Source: Eledone cirrhosa (Eukaryota). From it: a stretch of DNA of 64,000 nt. A program made the position numbers and the translations under genes. The notes below the pieces were generated by a model, which worked only from the letters and a program-made list of their open reading frames with translations, was not told the DNA's origin and made no database searches. Location: assembly GCA_964016885.1 (NCBI GenBank), contig OZ024742.1:11532001-11596000 (forward strand), in the 5' to 3' direction. Positions 53,501-64,000 of this stretch are shown piece after piece. How positions within the stretch are numbered: position 1 is the first letter of the stretch; each line of letters opens with the position of its first letter.

Positions 53501-56500
53501 TTGGTGATGTTGTTGTTATTGGTGTTGTTGTTATTGGTGTTGTTGTTGGTGTTGTTGTTATTGGTGTTGTTGTTATTGGTGTTGTTATTAATGATGTTGT
53601 TGTTATTGGTGTTGTTGTTATTGGTGTTGTTGTTGGTGTTGTTGTTATTGGTGTTGTTGTTATTGGTGTTGTTGTTATTGGTGTTGTTATTGGTGTTGTT
53701 GTTATTGGTGTTGTTGTTGGTGTTGTTGTTGTTGGTGTTGTTGTTATTGGTGTTGTTATTGGTGTTGTTGATATTGGTGTTGTTGCTATTGGTGTTGTTG
53801 CTAGTGTTGTTGTTATTGGTGTTGTTTTTATTGGTGTTGTTGCTAGTGTTGTTGTTACTGGTGTTGTTTTTATTGGTGTTGTTGCTAGTGTTGTTGTTAT
53901 TGGTGTTGTTTTTATTGGTGTTGTTGCTAGTGTTGTTGTTATTGGTGTTGTTTTTATTGGTGTTGTTATTAATGGTGTTGTTGTTATTGGTGTTGTTGTT
54001 ATTGGTGTTGTTATTGGTGTTGTTGATATTGGTGTTGTTGCTAGTGTTGTTGTTATTGGTGTTGTTTTTATTGGTGTTGTTATTAATGGTGTTGTTGTTA
54101 TTGGTGTTGTTGTTATTGGTGTTGTTATTGGTGTTGTTGATATTGGTGTTGTTGCTATTGGTGTTGTTGCTAGTGTTGTTGTTATTGGTGTTGTTTTTAT
54201 TGGTGTTGTTGCTAGTGTTGTTGTTATTGGTGTTGTTTTTATTGGTGTTGTTATTAATGGTGTTGTTGTTATTGGTGTTGTTGTTATTGGTGTTGTTATT
54301 GGTGTTGTTGTTATTGGTGTTGTTGCTAGTGTTGTTGTTATTGGTGTTGTTTTTATTGGTGTTGTTATTAATGGTGTTGTTGTTATTGGTGTTGTTGTTA
54401 TTGGTGTTGTTATTGGTGTTGTAGTTATTGGTGTTGTTATTGGTGATGTTGTTGTTATTGGTGTTGTTGTTATTGGTGTTGTTGTTGGTGTTGTTGTTAT
54501 TGGTGTTGTTGTTATTGGTGTTGTTATTAATGATGTTGTTGTTATTGGTGTTGTTGTTATTGGTGTTGTTGTTGGTGTTGTTGTTATTGGTGTTGTTGTT
54601 ATTGGTGTTGTTGTTATTGGTGTTGTTATTGGTGTTGTTATTGGTATTGTTGTTATTGGTGTTGTTGTTATTGGTGTTGTTGTTATTGGTGCTGTTGTTA
54701 TTGGTGTTGTTATTGGTGTTGTTATTGGTATTGTTGTTATTGGTGTTGTTGTTATTGGTGCTGTTATTCGTGTTGTTGTTATTGGTGTTGTTATTGGTGT
54801 TGTTATTGGTGTTGTTATTTTTGGTGTTGTTATTGGTGTTGTTATTGGTGTTGTTGTTATTGGTGTTGTTATTTTTTGGTGTGGTTATTGGTGCTGTTGT
54901 TATTGGTTTTGTTGTTATTGGTGTTGTTGTTATTGGTGTTGTTATTGGTGTTGTTATTGGTATTGTTGTTATTGGTGTCGTTGTTATTGGTGTTGTTATT
55001 GGTGTTATTGTTATTGGTGTTGTTGTTATTGGTGTTGCTGTTATTGGTGTTGTTATTGGTGTTGTTGTTATTGGTGTTGTTGTTATTGCTGTTGTTGTTA
55101 TTGGTGTTGTTGTTGGTGTTGTTGTTATTGATGTTGTTATTGGTATTGTTGTTATTGGTGTTGTTATTGGTGTTGTTATTGGTGATGTTGCTGTTATTGG
55201 TGTTGTTGTTATTGGTGTTGTTATTGGTATTGTTGTTATTGGTGTTGTTGTTGGTGTTGTTGTTATTGGTGTTGTTGTTATTGGTGTTGTTATTAATGAT
55301 GTTGTTGTTATTGGTGTTGTTGTTATTGGTGTTGTTATTGGTATTGTTGTTATTGGTGTTGTTGTTATTGGTGTTGTTATTGGTGTTGTTGTTATTGGTG
55401 TTGTTGTTATTGGTGTTGCTGTTATTGGTGTTGTTATTGGTGTTGTTGTTAATGGTGTTGTTGTTATTGCTGTTGTTGTTATTGGTGTTGTTGTTGGTGT
55501 TGTTGTTATTGGTGTTGTTATTGGTATTGTTGTTATTGGTGTTGTTATTGGTGTTGTTATTGGTGTTGTGGTTATTGGTGTTGTTGTTATTGGTGCTGTT
55601 ATTGGTGTTGATGTTATTGGTGTTGTTATTGGTGTTGTTATTGGTGTTGTTGTTATTGGTATTGTTATTGGTGTTGTTGTTATTGGTATTGTTATTGGTA
55701 TTGTTGTTATTGGTGTTGTTGTTATTGGTGTTGTTATTGGTGTTGTTTTTATTGGTGTTGTTGTTATTGGTGTTGCTGTTATTGGTGTTGTTATTGGTGT
55801 TGTTGTTATTGGTGTTGTTGTTATTGCTGTTGTTGTTATTGGTGTTGTTGTTGGTGTTGTTGTTATTGGTGTTGTTATTGGTATTGTTGTTATTGGTGTT
55901 GTTATTGGTGTTGTTAATGGTGTTGTGGTTATTGGTGTTGTTGTTATTGGTGCTGTTATTGGTGTTGTTGTTATTGGTGTTGTTATTGGTGTTGTTGTTA
56001 TTGGTGTTGTTATTGGTGTTGTTATTGGTGTTGTGGTTATTGGTGTTGTTATTGGTGTTGTTGTTATTGGTGTTGTTGTTATTGGTGTTGTTATTGGTGT
56101 TGTGGTTATTGGTGTTGTTATTGGTGTTGTTGTTATTGGTGTTGTTGTTATTGGTGTTGTTATTGGTGTTGTTATTGGTGCTGTTGTTATTGGTGCTGTT
56201 ATTGGTGTTGTTGTTATTGGTGTTTTTATTGGTGTTGTTATTGGTGTTGTTCTTATTGGTGTTGTTATTGGTGTTGTTGTTATTGGTGTTGTTGTTGGTG
56301 TTGTTGTTATTGTTGTTGTTTTTATTGGTGTTGCGGTTGGTGTTGTTGTTGGTGTTGTTGTTATTGGTGTTGTGGTTATTGGTGTTGTTGTTATTGGTGT
56401 TGTTGTTGGTGTTGTTGTTATTGGTGTTGTTATTGGTATTGTTGTTATTGGTGTTGTTATTGGTGTTGTGGTTATTGGTGTTGTTGTTATTGGTGCTGTT

Positions 56501-59500
56501 ATTGGTGTTGTTGTTATTGGTGTTGTTATTGGTGTTGTTATTGGTGTTGTTCTTATTGGTGTTGTTATTGGTGTTGTTGTTATTGGTGTTGTTGTTGGTG
56601 TTGTTGTTATTGGTGTTGTTATTGGTGTTGTTGTTATTGGTGTTGTTATTGATGTTGTTGTTATTGGTGTTGTTGTTGGTGTTGTTGTTATTGGGGTTCT
56701 TTTTATTGGTGTTGTTATTGTTGTTGTTGTTATTGGTGTTGTTGTTATTGGTGTTGTTGTTATTGGTGTTGTTATTGGTGTTGTTATTGGTATTGTTGTT
56801 ATTGGTGTTGTTGTTACTGGTGCTGTTATTGGTGTTGTTGTTATTGGTGTTGTTATTTGTGTTGTTATTGGTATTGTTGTTATTGGTGTTGTTGTTATTG
56901 GTGTTGTTATTGGTGTTGTTGTTATTGGTGTTGTTATTGGTGTTGTTATTGGTGTTGTGGTTATTGGTGTTGTGGTTATTGGTGTTCTTATTGGTGTTGT
57001 TGTTATTGGTGTTGTTATTGGTGTTGTTATTGGTGTTGTTATTGGTGTTGTTGTTATTGGTGCTGTTATTGGTGTTGTTGTTATTGGTGTTGTTATTGGT
57101 GTTGTTATTGGTGTTGTGGTTATTGGTGTTGTGGTTATTGGTGTTCTTATTGGTGTTGTTGTTATTGGTGTTGTTATTGGTGTTGTTATTGGTGCTGTTG
57201 TTATTGGTTTTGTTGTTATTGGTGTTGTTGTTATTGGTGTTGTTGTTATTGGTGTTGTTGTTGGTGTTGTTGTTATTGGTGTTGTTGTTATTGATGTTGT
57301 TGTTATTGGTGTTGTTGTTGGTGTTGTTGTTATTGGTATTGTTATTGGTGTTGTTGTTATTGGTGCTGTTATTGGTGCTGTTGTTATTGGTGCTGTTATT
57401 GGTGTTGTTGTTATTGGTGTTGTTATTGGTGTTGTTATTGGTGTTGTGGTTATTGGTGTTGTTGTTATTGGTGTTGTTGTTATTGGTGTTGTTGTTATTG
57501 GTGTTGTTGTTGGTGTTGTCGTTATTGGTGTTGATGTTATTGGTGTCGTTCTTATTGGTGTTGTTGTTATTGATGTTGTTGTTGGTGTTGTTGTTATTGG
57601 TGTTGTTATTGGTATTGTTGTTATTGGTGTTGTTATTGGTGTTGTTGTTATTGGTGTTGTTATTGGTGTTGTTGTTATTGGTGTTGTTGTTATTGGTGTT
57701 GTTGTTGGTGTTGTTGTTATTGGTGCTGTTATTGGTGTTGTTGTTATTGGTGTTGTTGTTGGTGTTGTTGTTATTGGTGCTGTTATTGGTGTTGTTGTTA
57801 TTGGTTATGTTATTGGTGTCGTTGTTATTGGTGTTGGTGTTGGTGTTGTTGTAATTGGTGTTGTTGTTATTGGTGTTGTTGTTGGTGTCGTTGTTATTGT
57901 TGTTGTTTTTATTGGTGTTGTTGTTATTGGTGTTGTTGTTATAGGTGTTGTTGTTGGTGTTGTTGTTATTGGTGTTGTTGTTATTGGTGCTGTTGTTATT
58001 GGTGTTGTTATTGGTGTTGTTATTGGTATTGTTGTTATTGGTGTTGTTGTTATTGGTGTTGTTGTTATTGCTGTTGTTGTTATTGGTGTTGTTGTTGGTG
58101 TTGTTGTTATTGGTGTTGTTATTGGTATTGTTGTTATTGGTGTTGTTGTTATTGGTGTTGTTGTTAGTGTTGTTGTTATTGGTGTTGTTATTGGTGTTGT
58201 TGTTATTGGTGTTGTTATTGGTGATGTTGTTGTTATTGGTGTTGTTGTTATTGGTGTTGTTGTCATTGGTGTTGTTGTTGGTGCTGTTGTTATTGGTGTT
58301 GTTGTTATTGGTGTTGTTATTAATGATGTTGTTGTTATTGGTGTTGTTGTTATTGGTGTTGTTATTGGTATTGTTGTTATTGGTGTTGTTGTTATTGGTG
58401 TTGTTATTGGTTTTGTTGTTATTGGTGTTGTTGTTATTGGTGTTGCTGTTTTTGGTGTTGTTATTGGTGTTGTTGTTATTGGTGTTGTTGTTATTGCTGT
58501 TGTTGTTATTGGTGTTGTTGTTGGTGTTGTTGTTATTGGTGTTGTTATTGGTATTGTTGTTATTGGTGTTGTTATTGGTGTTGTGGTTATTGGTGTTGTT
58601 GTTATTGGTGCTGTTATTGGTGTTGTTGTTATTGGTGTTGTTATTGGTGTTGTTGTTATTGGTGTTATTATTGGTGTTGTTGTTATTGGTGTTGTTATTG
58701 GTGTTGTTGTTATTGGTGTTGTTGTTATTGGTGTTGTTGTTGGTGTTGCTATTGGTATTGTTGTTATTGGTGTTGTTGTTATTGGTGCTGTTATTGGTGT
58801 TGTTGTTATTGGTGTTGTTGTTGGTGTTGTTGTTATTGGTGTTGTTGTTAGTGTTGTTGTTATTGGTGTTGTTTTTATTGGTGTTGTTATTGGTGTTGTT
58901 GTTATTGGTGATGTTGTTGGTGTTGTTGTTATTGGTGTTGTTGTTATTGGTGTTGTTATTAATGATGTTGTTGTTATTGGTGTTGTTGTTATTGGTGTTG
59001 ATATTGGTGTTGTTATTGATATTGTTGTTATTGGTGTTGTTGTTATTGGTGTTGTTGTTATTGCTGTTGTTGTTATTGGTGTTGTTATTGGTGTTGTTGT
59101 AATTGGTGTTGTTGTTATTGGTGTTGCTGTTATTGGTGTTGTTATTGGTGTTGTTGTTATTGGTGTTGTTGTTATTGGTGTTGTTGTTATTGGTGTTGTT
59201 GTTGGTGTTGTTGTTATTGGTGTTGTTATTGGTATTGTTGTTATTGGTGTTGTTATTGGTGTTGTGGTTATTGGTGTTGTTTTTATTGGTGCTGTTATTG
59301 GTGTTGTTGTTATTGGTGTTGTTGTTATTGGTGTTGTTATTGGTGTTGTTGTTATTGGTGTTGTTATTGGTGTTGTTGTTATTGGTGTTGTTATTGGTGT
59401 TGTTGTTATTGGTGTTGTTGTTGGTGTTGTTGTTATTGGTGTTGTTGTTATTGGTGCTGTTATTGGTGTTGTTGTTATTGGTGTTGTTATTGGTGTTGTT

Positions 59501-62500
59501 ATTGGTGTTGTGGTTATTGGTGTTGTTATTGGTGTTGTTGTTATTGGTGTTGTTGTTATTGGTGTTGTTATTGGTGCTGTTGTTATTGGTGCTGTTATTG
59601 GTGTTGTTGTTATTGGTGTTGTTGTTGGTGTTGTTGTTATTGGTGTTGTTATTGGTGTTGTTGTTATTGGTGTTGTTATTGGTGTTGTTGTTATTGGTGT
59701 TGTTGTTATTGGTGTTTTTGTTGGTGTTGTTTTTATTGGGGTTGTTTTTATTGGTGTTGTTGTTGGTGTTGTTGTTATTGATGTTGTTGTTATTGGTGTT
59801 GTTGTTGGTGTTGTTGTTATTGGTGTTGTTATTGGTGTTGTTGTTATTGGTGTTGTTGTTATTGGTGTTGTTGTTGGTGTTGTTATTGGTATTGTTGTTA
59901 TTGGTGTTGTTGTTATTGGTGCTGTTATTGGTGTTGTTGTTATTGGTGTTGTTATTGGTGTTGTGGTTATTGGTGTTGTTATTGGTGTTGTTGTTATTGG
60001 TGTTGTTGTTATTGGTGTTGTTATTGGTGTTGTTATTGGTGCTGTTGTTATTGGTGCTGTTATTGGTGTTGTTGTTATTGGTGTTTTTATTGGTGTTGTT
60101 ATTGGTGTTGTGGTTATTGGTGTTGTTGTTATTGGTGTTGTTGTTATTGGTGTTGTTGTTATTGGTGTTGTTGTTGGTGTTGTTGTTATTGTTGTTGTTT
60201 TTATTGGTGTTGTTGTTATTGGTGTTGTTGTTGGTGTCGTTGTTATTGTTGTTGTTTTTATTGGTGTTGCGGTTATTGGTGTTGTTGTTATTGGTGTTGT
60301 TGTTGGTGTTGTTGTTATTGGTGTTGTTGTTATTGGTGTTGTTGTTATTGGTGTTGTTGTTGGTGTTGTTGTTATTGGTGTTGTTATTGGTATTGTTGTT
60401 ATTGGTGTTGTTATTGGTGTTGTTGTTATTGGTGTTGTGGTTATTGGTGTTGTTGTTATTGGTGTTGTTGTTGGTGTTGTTGTTATTGGTGTTGTTGTTA
60501 TTGGTGTTGTTGTTATTGGTGTTGTTGTTGGTGTTGTTGTTATTGGTGTTGTTATTGGTATTGTTGTTATTGGTGTTGTTATTGGTGTTGTGGTTATTGG
60601 TGTTTTTATTGGTGTTGTTGTTATTGGGGTTGTTTTTATTGGTGTTGTTGTTGGTGTTGTTGTTATTGATGTTGTTGTTATTGGTGTTGTTGTTGGTGTT
60701 GTTGTTATTGGTGTTGTTATTGGTGTTGTTGTTATTGGTGTTGTTATTGGTGTTGTTGTTATTGGTGTTTTTATTGGTGTTGTTGTTATTGGGGTTGTTT
60801 TTATTGGTGTTGTTGTTGGTGTTGTTGTTATTGATGTTGTTGTTATTGGTGTTGTTGTTGGTGTTGTTGTTATTGGTGTTGTTATTGGTGTTGTTGTTAT
60901 TGGTGTTGTTGTTGGTGTTGTTGTTATTGGTGTTGTTATTGGTGTTGTTGTTATTGGTGTTGTTATTGGTGTTGTTGTTATTGGTGTTTTTATTGGTGTT
61001 GTTGTTATTGGGGTTGTTTTTATTGGTGTTGTTGTTGGTGTTGTTGTTATTGATGTTGTTTTTATTGGTGTTGTTGTTGGTGTTGTTGTTATTGGTGTTG
61101 TTATTGGTGTTGTTGTTATTGGTGTTGTTATTGGTGTTGTTATTGGTGTTGTTATTCGTGTTGTTATTGGTATTGTTGTTATTGGTGTTGTTGTTACTGG
61201 TGCTGTTATTGGTGTTGTTGTTATTGGTGTTGTTATTGGTGTTGTTATTGGTGTTGTGGTTATTGGTGTTCTTATTGGTGTTGTTGTTATTGGTGTTGTT
61301 ATTGGTGTTGTTATTGGTGCTGTTGTTATTGGTTTTGTTGTTATTGGTGTTGTTGTTATTGGTGTTGTTGTTATTGGTGTTGTTGTTGGTGTTGTTGTTA
61401 TTGGTGTTGTTGTTATTGATGTTGTTGTTATTGGTGTTGTTGTTGGTGTTGTTGTTATTGGTATTGTTATTGGTGTTGTTGTTATTGGTGTTGTTATTGC
61501 TGTTGTTGTTATTGGTGTTGTTGTTATTGGTGCTGTTATTGGTGCTGTTGTTATTGGTGCTGTTATTGGTGTTGTTGTTATTGGTGTTGTTATTGGTGTT
61601 GTTATTGGTGTTGTTATTGGTGTTGTGGTTATTGGTGTTGTTGTTATTGGTGTTGTTGTTATTGGTGTTGTTGTTATTGGTGTTGTTGTTGGTGTCGTTG
61701 TTATTGTTGTTGTTTTTATTGGTGTTGTGGTTGGTGTTGTTGTTATTGGTGTTGTTGTTATTGGTGTTGTTCTTATTGGTGTTGTTCTTATTGGTGTTGT
61801 TGTTGGTGTTGTTGTTATTGGTGTTGTTATTGGTATTGTTGTTATTGGTGTTGTTATTGGTGTTGTTATTGGTGTTGTGGTTATTGGTGTTGTTGTTATT
61901 GGTGCTGTTATTGGTGTTGTTGTTATTGGTGTTGTTATTGGTGTTGTTGTTATTGGTGTTGTTATTGGTGTTGTTGTTATTGGTGTTGTTGTTGGTGTTG
62001 TTGTTATTGGTGTTGTTATTGGTGTTGTTGTTATTGGTGTTGTTGTTGGTGTTGTTGTTATTGGTGTTGTTATTGGTGTTGTTGTTATTGGTGTTGTTAT
62101 TTGTGTTGTTGTTATTGGTGTTGTTATTGGTGTTGTTATTGGTATTGTTGTTATTGGTGTTGTTGTTACTGGTGCTGTTATTGGTGTTGTTGTTATTGGT
62201 GTTGTTATTGGTGTTGTTATTGGTGCTGTTGTTATTGGTATTGTTGTTATTGGTGTTGTGGTTATTGGTGTTGTTATTGGTGTTGTTGTTATTGGTGTTG
62301 TTATTGGTGTTGTTATTGGTGCTGTTGTTATTGGTTTTGTTGTTATTGGTGTTGTTGTTATTGGTGTTGTTGTTATTGGTGTTGTTGTTGGTGTTGTTGT
62401 TATTGGTGTTGTTGTTATTGATGTTGTTGTTATTGGTGTTGTTGTTATTGGTGTTGTTATTGGTGTTGTTGTTATTGGTGTTGTTATTGTTGTTGTTATT

Positions 62501-64000
62501 GGTGTTGTGGTTATTGGTGTTGTTATTGGTGTTGTTATTAATGGTGTTGTTGTTATTGGTGTTGTTGTTATTGTTGTTGTTTTTATTGGTGTTGTTGTTG
62601 GTGTTGTTGTTATTGGTGTTGTTGTTATTGATGTTGTTGTTATTGGTGCTGTTATTGGTGTTGTTGTTATTGGTGTTGTTATTGGTGTTGTTATTAATGG
62701 TGTTGTTGTTATTGGTATTGTTATTGGTGTTGTTGTTATTGGTGTTGTTATTGGTGTTGTTGTTATTGGTGTTGTTATTGGTGTTGTTATTAATGGTGTT
62801 GTTGTTATTGGTATTGTTATTGGTGTTGTTATTGGTGCTGTTGTTATTGGTGTTGTTGTTATTGGTGTTGTTTTTATTGGTGTTGTTGTTGGTGTTGTTG
62901 TTATTGGTGTTGTTGTTATTGATGTTGTTATTATTGGTGTTGTTGTTGGTGTTGTTGTTATTGGTATTGTTATTGGTGTTGTTGTTATTGGTGTTGTTGT
63001 AATTGGTGTTGTTGTTATTGGTGTTGTTATTGGTGTTGTTGTTATTGGTGTTGTTGTTATTGGTGTTGTTGTTATTGGTGTTGTTGTTGGTATTGTTGTT
63101 ATTGGTGTTGTTATTGGTGTTGTTGTTATTGGTGTTGTGGTTATTGGTGTTGTTGTTATTGGTGTTGTTGTTGGTGTTGTTGTTATTGGTGTTGTTGTTA
63201 TTGGTGTTGTTGTTATTGGTGTTGTTGTTGGTGTTGTTGTTATTGGTGTTGTTAATGGTATTGTTGTTATTGGTGTTGTTATTGGTGTTGTGGTTATTGG
63301 TGTTTTTATTGGTGTTGTTGTTATTGGGGTTGTTTTTATTGGTGTTGTTGTTGGTGTTGTTGTTATTGATGTTGTTGTTATTGGTGTTGTTGTTGGTGTT
63401 GTTGTTATTGGTGTTGTTATTGGTGTTGTTGTTATTGGTGTTGTTATTGGTGTTGTTGTTATTGGTGTTTTTATTGGTGTTGTTGTTATTGGGGTTGTTT
63501 TTATTGGTGTTGTTGTTGGTGTTGTTGTTATTGATGTTGTTGTTATTGGTGTTGTTGTTGGTGTTGTTGTTATTGGTGTTGTTATTGGTGTTGTTGTTAT
63601 TGGTGTTGTTGTTGGTGTTGTTGTTATTGGTGTTGTTATTGGTGTTGTTGTTATTGGTGTTGTTATTGGTGTTGTTGTTATTGGTGTTTTTATTGGTGTT
63701 GTTGTTATTGGGGTTGTTTTTTTTGGTGTTGTTGTTGGTGTTGTTGTTATTGATGTTGTTGTTATTGGTGTTGTTGTTGGTGTTGTTGTTATTGGTGTTG
63801 TTATTGGTGCTGTTGTTATTGGTGTTGTTATTGGTGTTGTTGTTATTGGTGTTGTTGTTATTGGTGCTGTTATTGGTGTTGTTATTGGTGTTGTTGTTAT
63901 TGGTGTTGTTATTGGTGTTGTTGTTATTGGTGTTTTTATTGGTGTTGTTGTTATTGGGGTTGTTTTTATTGGTGTTGTTGTTGGTGTTGTTGTTATTGAT
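50529..64000. repeat. Triplet-derived satellite of mixed 12- and 15-bp units, (GTT)2-3-ATT-GGT, >13.4 kb, runs off the window
   Basis: Direct inspection; recurring variant blocks (GCT-AGT, ATT-AAT, GGG-GTT-GTT-TTT). Confidence 0.97.

Noticed and set aside
50432-63002. Poly-Leu/Val, Val-Ile-Gly and Cys-Tyr-Trp ORFs on the + strand
   Set aside because: Trivial translations of a triplet-derived satellite

Overview
Gene-free, very AT-rich eukaryotic DNA made almost entirely of repeats. The SINE families and microsatellite load resemble an octopus/cephalopod genome (inference from memory, not a search). No intact host gene is supported, and nearly all long ORFs in the track are repeat artefacts. 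1-21 kb is a retroelement graveyard. It holds two 5'-truncated Penelope-like elements (PLE, GIY-YIG endonuclease) and many short PLE-type terminal-repeat remnants sitting in (TA)n, often as fold-back hairpins. About a dozen of these carry type I hammerhead ribozyme (HHR) motifs, including a U3-A8 core variant. The same region has an internally deleted mariner, a CR1/L2-type RT fragment, RTE-like 3' ends and tRNA-derived SINEs. 21.5-44.6 kb is an 18-bp satellite (ACTATCAGTACAATATRT) in a normal-inverted-normal arrangement, with a spacerless palindromic junction, an inverted copy of ~660 bp of flank, nested higher-order repeats and an embedded SINE piece. 44.6-64 kb contains triplet tracts, a 67-bp minisatellite, a SINE hairpin cluster and a >13 kb (GTT)2-3-ATT-GGT satellite running off the window end.
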